From a virus: a stretch of DNA of 64,000 nucleotides. Both the position numbers and the translations under genes were made by a program. Numbering within the stretch: the stretch's first letter is position 1; every line of letters starts with the position of its first letter. Location of the stretch: IMG/VR virus record IMGVR_UViG_645058813_000002, positions 6,606-70,605 of that record; one strand, given 5' to 3'. The notes below the pieces were generated by a model. That model did not search any database and had not been told where the DNA came from. It worked only from the letters and a program-made list of their open reading frames with translations. Of this stretch, positions 30,376 to 38,400 are shown piece by piece.

Positions 30376-31092
30376 GTGAAAAAGTCAAATAATATATGGA
30401 AAAATATTTCGATTTTTTTGGCAATTCTTTTAGTTGTAATAATACTAGGAGTATGTAACTTAAAGACATTTTTTAGAAGTAAGTTTTTAGATGTATTTAG
30501 AGAAAATATATTTTATCTAATTAACTTAATAGATAAATTTAAAGGAATAATACTAATATTTGTATTAATATTTATTTATTTTATTTTAAAAAGCAAATTT
30601 GTAATTAGATTAGAAAAAATGAGCTGTGGTGGTCTCACACTTATTTGTAATAAACCAGATAAAATATTAAAACAGAGTATTAAAAATTTTTTAAATACAA
30701 AAAGGACTTTGTTTTTTATAAATCCACAAAAGGATAATTTTTATGATACTATAAATTCCTATTATTCTACATACAATTTTATAAAAAATGAAATGTCAAC
30801 TTATGATATAGATTCTGTTAAGAATGAATTGTATGATACTGCCAATGAAATGATACAAGCTTTAAATGAGTTCTTAACTAATAATCAGAGTGATTATAGA
30901 AGATGGTATGAATATTTAATTAATAATGATGAAAAAAGAATACATGTTATGAATATTGAGGATATTCAAAAGGAGTATAGAAAATATGAAGAAATATTAG
31001 CTGATTTTAGATTGGTTAATAAGAAATTTGTTAAGTTAGGGAAACAATTTGATATAAATATGGATAAATGGAATAAAAATGAAGGAATTTAA
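30376..31092 (+). CDS. Two-TM membrane protein with unrecognised cytoplasmic domain; putative TIR-signal effector
   Basis: Two N-terminal hydrophobic segments; operonic with the TIR gene. Confidence 0.7.
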   Translation: MKKSNNIWKNISIFLAILLVVIILGVCNLKTFFRSKFLDVFRENIFYLINLIDKFKGIILIFVLIFIYFILKSKFVIRLEKMSCGGLTLICNKPDKILKQSIKNFLNTKRTLFFINPQKDNFYDTINSYYSTYNFIKNEMSTYDIDSVKNELYDTANEMIQALNEFLTNNQSDYRRWYEYLINNDEKRIHVMNIEDIQKEYRKYEEILADFRLVNKKFVKLGKQFDINMDKWNKNEGI

Positions 31093-31144
31093 CAAAAAAA
31101 GTAGAATATAGTATTTTATATGATATAAGAGAGGAGGAACTAAA

Positions 31145-31624
31145 ATGGCACATAAAGTATTTGTAAGCTATCACCATGCTAATGATCAAAGCAGAGCTAA
31201 TCATTTAAGAGATACTTATGGTTCTGACAATACATTGATAGATAGATCACTTGCAGATTCATATGATAATAAAACAGATGATGAAATTCTAGCATTAATA
31301 AGAAAGAATCATCTTAAAGATTCTACTGTAACTATAGTTTTAATTGGTAGTGAAACATCTAAACGTAAGTGGGTTGATTGGGAAATTTATTCATCATTAA
31401 GACCTTATGGAGATAGAAGTAGGAATGGGCTTTTAGGTATTTATTTGCCTACAGCTGGAGACACACCAGCAAGATTGCAAGATAATATAGATAGTGGTTA
31501 TGCTGTAACTATGAAGTGGGAAAATATTTCTTGGCAATTATCATCAAAGATTGATGAAGCATTTAATAACAGATCTAGTGGTAAACAGGATAATACTCGT
31601 AAAAGAAGAGAACGTAATAGCTAA
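31145..31624 (+). CDS. thsB: TIR-domain protein, ThsB-like (DUF1863/MTH538)
   Basis: KVFVSYHH, STVTIVLIG, RKWVDWEI (catalytic Glu), NGLLGIYLP. Confidence 0.9.
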   Translation: MAHKVFVSYHHANDQSRANHLRDTYGSDNTLIDRSLADSYDNKTDDEILALIRKNHLKDSTVTIVLIGSETSKRKWVDWEIYSSLRPYGDRSRNGLLGIYLPTAGDTPARLQDNIDSGYAVTMKWENISWQLSSKIDEAFNNRSSGKQDNTRKRRERNS

Positions 31625-31631
31625 AATTAAT

Positions 31632-31671
31632 AAGGGCAATATGTATATTAAATTCTACATATTGCCCTTTT
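31632..31671 (+). terminator. Terminator after the TIR operon
   Basis: 14-bp stem AAGGGCAATATGTA / TACATATTGCCCTT. Confidence 0.8.
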
Positions 31672-31735
31672 ATATTATTGACAAAAATTACATATATTAT
31701 ACAATAACCTTATTAAGCTTTTAGGGGGAATAATA

Positions 31736-32263
31736 ATGATTAAAAAAATTATAAGTATTTTGTTATGTAGTCTGATAATACTTGGTGTAACTGGTTGTGG
31801 AAACAAAGCACAAACAAAAACAGAAGAAAGTACACAAGTAACAGCTAATAAATCAGATGAAAAAGAAATAAAACTAAATGAACCATTTGAAGTAAAAAGA
31901 CCAGATGGAGATTATAATTTTACAATTAAAAGTGTAACTAAAACTGATTGGTGGAAAAAAGCAAAAGATAATGAAGATAAAACAGTTATATTATTAAATT
32001 TAGAATGTGAAAATATAAGTTTTAAAAGTAAAAATCATAATGGAGTTTTATTATATGATGCTTTTAATTTAAAGGATAATAGCAATTACATATTATCTAG
32101 ATTTTCTATGAGTTATGGTGATGTGAATTCAGGATCTGATGAAATACCACCTAATGCAAAATCTAAAGTATCAATTCCTTATGTAATTGATAATGATTCT
32201 ACTAGTGTAAGTATTGAATTTATAAGAGGAGGAATATTGAAAGATATTCCGATTACAGAATAA
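31736..32263 (+). CDS. Prophage lipoprotein (DUF4352/DUF5067-like)
   Basis: Signal peptide with lipobox-like VTGC, Ig-like beta domain; TTGACA-N16-TACAAT at 31678-31705. Confidence 0.75.
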   Translation: MIKKIISILLCSLIILGVTGCGNKAQTKTEESTQVTANKSDEKEIKLNEPFEVKRPDGDYNFTIKSVTKTDWWKKAKDNEDKTVILLNLECENISFKSKNHNGVLLYDAFNLKDNSNYILSRFSMSYGDVNSGSDEIPPNAKSKVSIPYVIDNDSTSVSIEFIRGGILKDIPITE

Positions 32264-32298
32264 TAATATTTTTTACTGCATTTGCTAAAGACCAAGAA

Positions 32299-32514
32299 TT
32301 ATTTATCTTGGTCTTTTATGTTTTTAACAAAGAATAAAAACACTTTTACAGGATTTAGAGAAAGTTCTTTAGCTAGTTTTAATATTAGCTTAACACCAGG
32401 ATTACATTTTTCTGGGTGCGTTTCTAATTTGCTTACGTGACCTTCACTTCGACCTATTTTCTTAGCTAACTCTAGTTCTGTCATTTGTTTCTGGATGCGT
32501 TTTTTCTTTAGCAT
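32299..32514 (-). CDS. Small XRE HTH protein
   Basis: MTELELAKKIGRSEGHVSKLE; divergent from 32682. Confidence 0.88.
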   Translation of the reverse strand: MLKKKRIQKQMTELELAKKIGRSEGHVSKLETHPEKCNPGVKLILKLAKELSLNPVKVFLFFVKNIKDQDK

Positions 32515-32681
32515 AATATCACCTCATGGGTAATAAATTAAATTTATATATTTTATTATAATAGTATTAATATATATATCGTGTCCAAAATATAAGAATT
32601 TATATATAAAATCCTTTATTTTTGGGTATAAATTTTCTGCAAATCTAGTTTTGATAAAATCAAAATTAGAGGTGGATAAAT

Positions 32682-32966
32682 ATGTTAGGAGAAAGACTTG
32701 CAGAGCTAAGAAAAGATAAAGGACTTAAACAAGAAGATATAGGTAAGATTTTGAGAATTAGTAGAAGTACTTACGGGAATTATGAATCCGGATATGCAGA
32801 ACCTAGTGTATCTATATTAATAGACCTAGCTAAGTTTTATAATGTGAGTTTGGATTATATATGCTGCAATACAGACATTAGATACAATTTTTATAAAGAT
32901 AAAAGATTATGTGCTTATATTAACAAGTGCATAGAAGTATATAGAGAATTTCTAAAGAAGGACTAG
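32682..32966 (+). CDS. XRE-family regulator, paralogue of 29934-30212
   Basis: MLGERLAELRKDKGLKQED...SRSTYGNYE...EPSVS. Confidence 0.92.
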   Translation: MLGERLAELRKDKGLKQEDIGKILRISRSTYGNYESGYAEPSVSILIDLAKFYNVSLDYICCNTDIRYNFYKDKRLCAYINKCIEVYREFLKKD

Positions 32967-33005
32967 TTTAATCTAGTCTTTATTTTTTATCTAAAATAAG
33001 AAGTT

Positions 33006-33168
33006 TTCGACAATTTGGAAATAAAAAGTTAATTTAATTATTATAAGTAAATAATTTTAAAACTGTATATTACAAAAAAATAGCTTTTATAACTTTAAAA
33101 TTATATATAAGACAAGTTTAAACACATATACTTAAAAAGGTGTTCTTATAGGATTTCTCAATGTCGAA
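33006..33168. promoter_or_regulatory. Two Spo0A boxes
   Basis: TTCGACA at 33006-33012 (minus strand) and TGTCGAA at 33162-33168 upstream of 33257. Confidence 0.45.
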
Positions 33169-33256
33169 ACTTTCATGGCATGCAAGTTTTTTTATTGTAT
33201 AATTATTTTATGGATAAGGCGCTGAGTCCATTATTTAATGGAGGTATTAGTATTAT

Positions 33257-33466
33257 ATGATTAAAGAAGACATAATTTTAAACAATATTATTGAAGTTAT
33301 ATGTAAAGATGATGAAAATAAAAATTTCAAATCTATCAAAGACAAATCATATAGATTGGAAGTAATAAGATGGTTATTTATAGGTTTGGATAGAGAAAGA
33401 CAAGATTTAATATTAAGATTAATGAAAAATCAAATTATAGATCAGCTGAGTTTAGAACTAAATTAA
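33257..33466 (+). CDS. Hypothetical protein, last prophage ORF
   Basis: 69 aa, GGAGG upstream. Confidence 0.6.
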   Translation: MIKEDIILNNIIEVICKDDENKNFKSIKDKSYRLEVIRWLFIGLDRERQDLILRLMKNQIIDQLSLELN

Positions 33467-33467
33467 G

Positions 33468-33508
33468 AATCGTTGACAATACTAAAATATTGTCAACGAT
33501 TTGTCAAC
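33468..33508. repeat. Perfect 14-bp inverted repeat with 6-bp spacer plus TTGTCAAC direct repeat; candidate integrase arm sites or terminator
   Basis: AATCGTTGACAATA-CTAAAA-TATTGTCAACGATT, about 140 bp before attR. Confidence 0.6.
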
Positions 33509-33648
33509 ACTGACTAAGTTTTTATTAAAAACAATAAATGTAATGTAATGTTAATAAATTTTATACATTGCATGTAAAACCAGTAAAATCAACAGCTTAA
33601 AAGTTTATATAATGATAATAAATGTTAATAAATACTCCTATACTCTAT

Positions 33649-33720
33649 ATGGGTAACAACCCAATGGTAGGATGTACTGTTGCAGTAGCTGTTGCTGTTG
33701 AAGAAGGAATGAACAAATAG
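33649..33720 (+). other. attR: isolated 3' end of a GGGtGRT-family gene
   Basis: Translates to MGNNPMVGCTVAVAVAVEEGMNK*, the conserved GGGtGRT C-terminus; the expected upstream GLIG codons are replaced by phage DNA. Confidence 0.85.
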
Positions 33721-33729
33721 TCTTTAAGG

Positions 33730-34116
33730 TGTCACAGCAAAATAAAGTCGTGTCAAAACTGCTAAAGTCGTGTCACGAAAAATAAAGTTGTGTTAAGTAT
33801 GTATGAAAGACTATGCAAAGAAGAATGGAGCGATCCTCTTCAAATGCATAGTCTTTTTTTGCGTGTTTTGGGAAATAAAATAGGAAAGAAGCCAGAAATA
33901 ATGAGGGATGAAGCAAGATAAAACAGAGCGTAAATTTTAAGCAGCATTCGCATCGGCAGCAGCCATGAGCAGAAAACTGTAGTTAATTTAGGCTCTTTAT
34001 GACACGACTTTATTTAACCCCTAATTTTGGAAAAAAGGGGTGAGGGGTGTGGTAGTAAGGGTTCAGGGACTGCTGGAAGTGCTTTTTTCGTGACACGACT
34101 TTTTTTTACTAATACA
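33730..34116 (+). mobile_element. Miniature Tn7-like element, copy 1 (387 bp)
   Basis: Three AAAGT(C/T)GTGT(C/T)A sites at 20-bp spacing after TGT; two inverted sites at 34000 and 34091 before ACA. Confidence 0.85.
33806..33860 (+). terminator. Hairpin/terminator inside the mini-element (also in copy 2)
   Basis: AAAGACTATGCA...TGCATAGTCTTT followed by a T-run. Confidence 0.65.
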
Positions 34117-34146
34117 TAGTAGGAAAGGATTTTAAAGTAATATTGA

Positions 34147-34314
34147 AAAATAAGGAAAGATCCACGAAGATTTTATATGAAGCCTGAAGATACTTTAATA
34201 TCTTCAGATAATGTTAAATTTGTAGTTAGTAATCAGTGGGGAAAAGATAATATTGATGCATTTATAAAAGTTTCTACCGAACTTGGTTTTGAAATAACAA
34301 GAGTTGAAGTATAA
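34147..34314 (+). pseudogene. C-terminal gene remnant next to mini-element copy 1
   Basis: KDPRRFYMKPEDTLISSDNVKFVVSNQWGKDNIDAFIKVSTELGFEITRVEV*; no upstream start, in-frame TGA at 34144. Confidence 0.6.
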
Positions 34315-34336
34315 AAAAGTTTAGGAGGACTTAATA

Positions 34337-34576
34337 ATGAACTGCAGAGAAATAAAAATAGGAAAGATATATAGACATTTTAAAGGCAATGAGTATTTGG
34401 TACTTTATATGGCAAAACATTCAGAAACGCTTGAAGATATGGTGGTTTATCAGGCCCTATATGGAGAAAAAGGAATATGGGTTAGGCCTCTGAGCATGTT
34501 TTTCGATACAAAAGAAGTTGATGGTAAGATTGTAAACAGATTTGAAGAGATTGATAATGAAATAGAATTAGTTTAA
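34337..34576 (+). CDS. DUF1653 family protein
   Basis: YRHFKGNEY...HSETLEDMVVYQALYGEKGIWVRP. Confidence 0.92.
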   Translation: MNCREIKIGKIYRHFKGNEYLVLYMAKHSETLEDMVVYQALYGEKGIWVRPLSMFFDTKEVDGKIVNRFEEIDNEIELV

Positions 34577-34708
34577 GAAATTTACCGTAATGTTGAAATT
34601 ATTGATGTAGAAAATCATGTTACTGGAAGAAAAGTAAAAGGAACAAAGTTGTTACTAAAATTGCAATGGTAAGTTAATTGAAGTTAATATCAAAAAGGAG
34701 AGTTTTAT

Positions 34709-35785
34709 TTGAATTTTATTGGTATAGATGTTCATTTACATTCAGTAGTTGTTGCTGTCATAGATGAAAAGTTAAATATTATAGAAGTTAGTAATTTTTC
34801 TTTTGAAGAGGCAATAAATAAGATTCAAGCATATTTCCCTAGTATAATTTCTATAGATGCTCCATCAAGTTTGAATAAAGGTCTTATGAATGATGAAGAG
34901 TATAGAAAAAATATAGGGCGAAAGATAAAAGGTCACTATAATAAAAAGGTATCTGAATATGAACTTTCGAGAAGAGGAATAAATCCATTCCCAACACCAG
35001 ATTCAATAGAAAAAGTAAGAAGCAGAAATGATTTATCATGGATGGAGCAGGGATTTTGGCTATATAATAATTTATTTGAAAGAGGATATAGGCTCTTAAA
35101 TCAGAATAATTATGTGGATAGTATGGAGAAGGGGATAGTAGAAGTGTTTCCACATGCATCATTCTTAACTTTGGAGGGGCAACCATTACATAATAAAAAT
35201 ACTCCTGAAGGTTTAAATCAAAGGTGGCTATTGCTACAAAAATTAGGGCTGATTAACTTAGATTTTATTATGAAAGATATAAAAAACAAAGACAAAGATG
35301 ATTATTTAGATTCAATTGTTGCAGCATATACTGGATATGCAATTAGTAATGAAAAAGGTAGTTTTGTTGGGGATGCTAGTGAAGGGCAAATTGCTTTACC
35401 GATAAGAGATATTAAAGAATCATATAAAAGAAGTAAATATAAAGAAAAATCAATTGTTACAGAATATCGAAATGATGGTACTTATGAATATGAGTTTCTT
35501 CATAATGATAGTGTATTATGGCTAAAGTATTTTGCACCATTAAATAATACGCCTAATATAAAAGAAGTTCTAAATATTGAAGAAGATAGTTTTAGTGTAT
35601 ATGCGATTATAACTAATAATGAAGGAAAATCAGTTGAGGTAGAATTGATTAATATGAATGGTAGAACTCAAGGCTTAAAGGTTACGGATAAATATAAGAG
35701 CATTTTAAAACAATTTTGGGGAAGCCATGGTGATGGTATAAAATATAATATTAATTTAAAAATAAATAGACAAATTTATCAATAA
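34709..35785 (+). CDS. DUF429-like predicted nuclease (RNase H-like fold) with C-terminal extension
   Basis: FIGIDV, SIDAPS, VEVFPHA, DYLDSIVAAY. Confidence 0.8.
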   Translation: MNFIGIDVHLHSVVVAVIDEKLNIIEVSNFSFEEAINKIQAYFPSIISIDAPSSLNKGLMNDEEYRKNIGRKIKGHYNKKVSEYELSRRGINPFPTPDSIEKVRSRNDLSWMEQGFWLYNNLFERGYRLLNQNNYVDSMEKGIVEVFPHASFLTLEGQPLHNKNTPEGLNQRWLLLQKLGLINLDFIMKDIKNKDKDDYLDSIVAAYTGYAISNEKGSFVGDASEGQIALPIRDIKESYKRSKYKEKSIVTEYRNDGTYEYEFLHNDSVLWLKYFAPLNNTPNIKEVLNIEEDSFSVYAIITNNEGKSVEVELINMNGRTQGLKVTDKYKSILKQFWGSHGDGIKYNINLKINRQIYQ

Positions 35786-36102
35786 TATAAGTATAGAGAT
35801 CTAAGGGTCTCTATTTTTATTATATTTAAAGTAATATCAAATAGAATTGTGACTAGCATTTAAAATGAGGAAATGCCAGTATATTAGCGCTTTTAGGGTT
35901 GTGAGTACAAAGGCATTATAGGTGCAGGGGAATCACACATTTTTACGTATGGTTATTCATCTTATTCATATATAAAATGTATGTAAAAGTATGCAAAAAT
36001 GTATAATTATAAAAAAAGAACACAATAACATACAAATAACTTTACTTGGATAATTATGTATGATAACATATAATTACAAAATAGATACATTGGAGGATAT
36101 TT

Positions 36103-36678
36103 ATGGCTAAGGAAAAAAAGAGCGTTGCATTTAGCACTAGATTTACTGAAAGTATGGATAAAGCGTTAGAAGAGTTAAGCGATGTGAAAATGCTTACTAA
36201 ACACGATATTGTAAGGATAGCATTAGCAGAGTATTTATTAGATCATAAATGGCTTATTGATGAAAATGTGAAATATAAAAGAGACAAAAGTAAATTAAGA
36301 TATGATGATTTTGATTTAATAACAATAACTTCAACAAATACAGATAATAGTGGAAAGTGGGTAGAAGGAATAACTTTTGATGATAATGATACTCCTATTA
36401 ATTTTGTTAAATTAGTAAAAATAGAAGTAAATATTCCTTTATTAAAAGAAAAGGACAAAATCCCATTATTGATGGAACAATTAAAAAATTCTTCAGAGGA
36501 AGAAAAAAATCAAATAGAAAAGCAATTAATGGATTTAATATCCAGCCAATTTGTAGAGGAATATACATTAAAATATACAGAAGATGGATTAAAGATTAAA
36601 GAAGATCCAAAGTTTCAGCAATATGTTGAGAGGAGCGTTTCAGAAGTTATTGAAGAAATTCGTAATCCAAAAAAATAA
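36103..36678 (+). CDS. Ribbon-helix-helix-like DNA-binding protein
   Basis: N-terminal AFSTRFTESMDKALEELS...TKHDIVRIALAEYL. Confidence 0.6.
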   Translation: MAKEKKSVAFSTRFTESMDKALEELSDVKMLTKHDIVRIALAEYLLDHKWLIDENVKYKRDKSKLRYDDFDLITITSTNTDNSGKWVEGITFDDNDTPINFVKLVKIEVNIPLLKEKDKIPLLMEQLKNSSEEEKNQIEKQLMDLISSQFVEEYTLKYTEDGLKIKEDPKFQQYVERSVSEVIEEIRNPKK

Positions 36679-36710
36679 TTTATAGGTGAGAGTATGAGGG
36701 GGGATTAAAA

Positions 36711-38003
36711 GTGGAAACTTGTTTATATAACGGAAGACAGATATGTGCATATGATGTTACTAATTTAAATTATGCATTAAATTATGAATTGAAAAAAGAA
36801 TGGAAAATAGCAGGGAAGTATGGAGAATTAATATGTGAAAATTGTGGACAAGAAGTTCAACTAAGGGTAAATGACCCAAGACAAAGGACACCTCATTTTT
36901 CTCATAAAATAACTGATAATAAGTGTCCATTTACTAATAATGATTTTAGGGAATCAGAGGATCATAAGAAGGGAAAGATGCTTTTATATCATTATTTTAA
37001 GGATAAGTACTCAGATGTAAAACCAATGCTAAATCATAGATTTTCAAATAGAAGAAAAGAGGATTTATATATAGAATTCAACAATGGCGATAAACTAGCA
37101 GTAGAATATCAAAGAACAGAGTTGGATATATTAGAGTGGCAGGAAAGGCAAGATGAATACACCAAAGAAGGTATTAATGTTATTTGGCTAATTGCAGGGA
37201 AAGAAGCGGATTTAAAAGTTAAAGAGAAACAAGTGGAAGTAACATTTTTTCAGCAGATTATGCTTAATGAGTTGGACAAGGTGGCAGTATTTTTAGATGT
37301 TAATAGTTCAAAGTTAATTTTTGCGAAAAATATGAGGTACTCAGATCCATATGTTATTAATAACGATTTTGAAGATTTATATATAAAATCATATAACCTT
37401 AATGATGTTATAATTCACACTAATGGAAAAATAGATTGCGGTTTCAATGATGAATATAACAAGGCTATAAAGATATTTACTGATTATTATGCTAAAAAGT
37501 GCTTAAATGAAGAAAAGCATAGACAAAGATTAAAGGAAGAAGAAATTAAGAGTAGAGAGCAACTACATAAGATAGAGAATGATAAAATCAAAAGTCACCA
37601 AAGTTTTAGAGAAATTAAGTTAGATGTAGAGCAGCAAGAAGACACTAATAAATATTTTAATGGTAATATTTCATATAAAACCAAACTTAAAAATGCTATG
37701 AATGGTGATGAAAGTGCAATTAAAGCAACTGCTAGGCATTTTATAGAATGGGGATGTTCAGATGATTATAAGATAATAACTTTTATATGTAGATATAATT
37801 ATTTGAAAGGAAATAAAAAAGTTAAAGAAGTTTATGAAAAAATTATGACAGAAGCGGGTTTTGCAAGTGAAGATTTAGAATTAAAGGATTATAAAAAACA
37901 CTTAGAATGTCCATTTTGCAAAGGGAAACTTAATCAGAAATATGGTAAATATGGTTCATTTGTTTCTTGTAGTAATTATCCTGAATGTAAGTTTTCATTT
38001 TAA
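36711..38003 (+). CDS. CoiA-like PD-(D/E)XK nuclease with C-terminal topoisomerase-type Zn ribbon
   Basis: CENC...PHFSH...CP...ESEDH; DLYIEF...AVEYQ; CPFC...YGSFVSCSNYPEC. Confidence 0.8.
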   Translation: METCLYNGRQICAYDVTNLNYALNYELKKEWKIAGKYGELICENCGQEVQLRVNDPRQRTPHFSHKITDNKCPFTNNDFRESEDHKKGKMLLYHYFKDKYSDVKPMLNHRFSNRRKEDLYIEFNNGDKLAVEYQRTELDILEWQERQDEYTKEGINVIWLIAGKEADLKVKEKQVEVTFFQQIMLNELDKVAVFLDVNSSKLIFAKNMRYSDPYVINNDFEDLYIKSYNLNDVIIHTNGKIDCGFNDEYNKAIKIFTDYYAKKCLNEEKHRQRLKEEEIKSREQLHKIENDKIKSHQSFREIKLDVEQQEDTNKYFNGNISYKTKLKNAMNGDESAIKATARHFIEWGCSDDYKIITFICRYNYLKGNKKVKEVYEKIMTEAGFASEDLELKDYKKHLECPFCKGKLNQKYGKYGSFVSCSNYPECKFSF

Positions 38004-38045
38004 TGTTAAAAAATAAATATATTGAAATTTAGGAGGCAATGAATA

Positions 38046-38306
38046 ATGGAGAGAGTTATACAAGTAAATCAGAAACTATGTAAGGGATTAACATTAAATG
38101 AGGAATTTACATTGGATTTAAATGATGAACAAATAGATACATTAAGAGCCGTTGCAATACAATGTGATTGGGTTATGGGAGATGTATTTTCATATTTAGT
38201 TGAGCATGAAAATAGACAATTATTGATTCAATTATTTGAGGGTGATTTAGAGGATCTTAAAGAAAAACTAATTGAAGGAATTTATGACATAAACTTTGAC
38301 TTTTAA
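38046..38306 (+). CDS. Hypothetical protein
   Basis: 86 aa, AGGAGG RBS. Confidence 0.7.
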   Translation: MERVIQVNQKLCKGLTLNEEFTLDLNDEQIDTLRAVAIQCDWVMGDVFSYLVEHENRQLLIQLFEGDLEDLKEKLIEGIYDINFDF

Positions 38307-38400
38307 TTTATTGAATTTTTGGTAAGCATATAAAAAACAGGTAGTTCAAAATTGGACTACCTGTTGATGCATAAAACGAACATAATGATACTTATTTTGT

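Larger units (their letters stand above)
1..33648 (+). mobile_element. Prophage (siphovirus-like), right-hand part; left end and integrase lie outside the window
   Basis: Collinear + strand modules terS-terL-portal-capsid-tail-TMP-Dit-Tal-RBP-holin-endolysin, then accessory genes and an attR-like junction at 33649. Confidence 0.95.

Noticed and set aside
33730-34116. AAAGTCGTGTCA repeats as a CRISPR array or iterons
   Set aside because: Repeats are too short with no unique 30-40 bp spacers; the inverted arrangement with TGT/ACA ends and a TSD fits transposase binding sites
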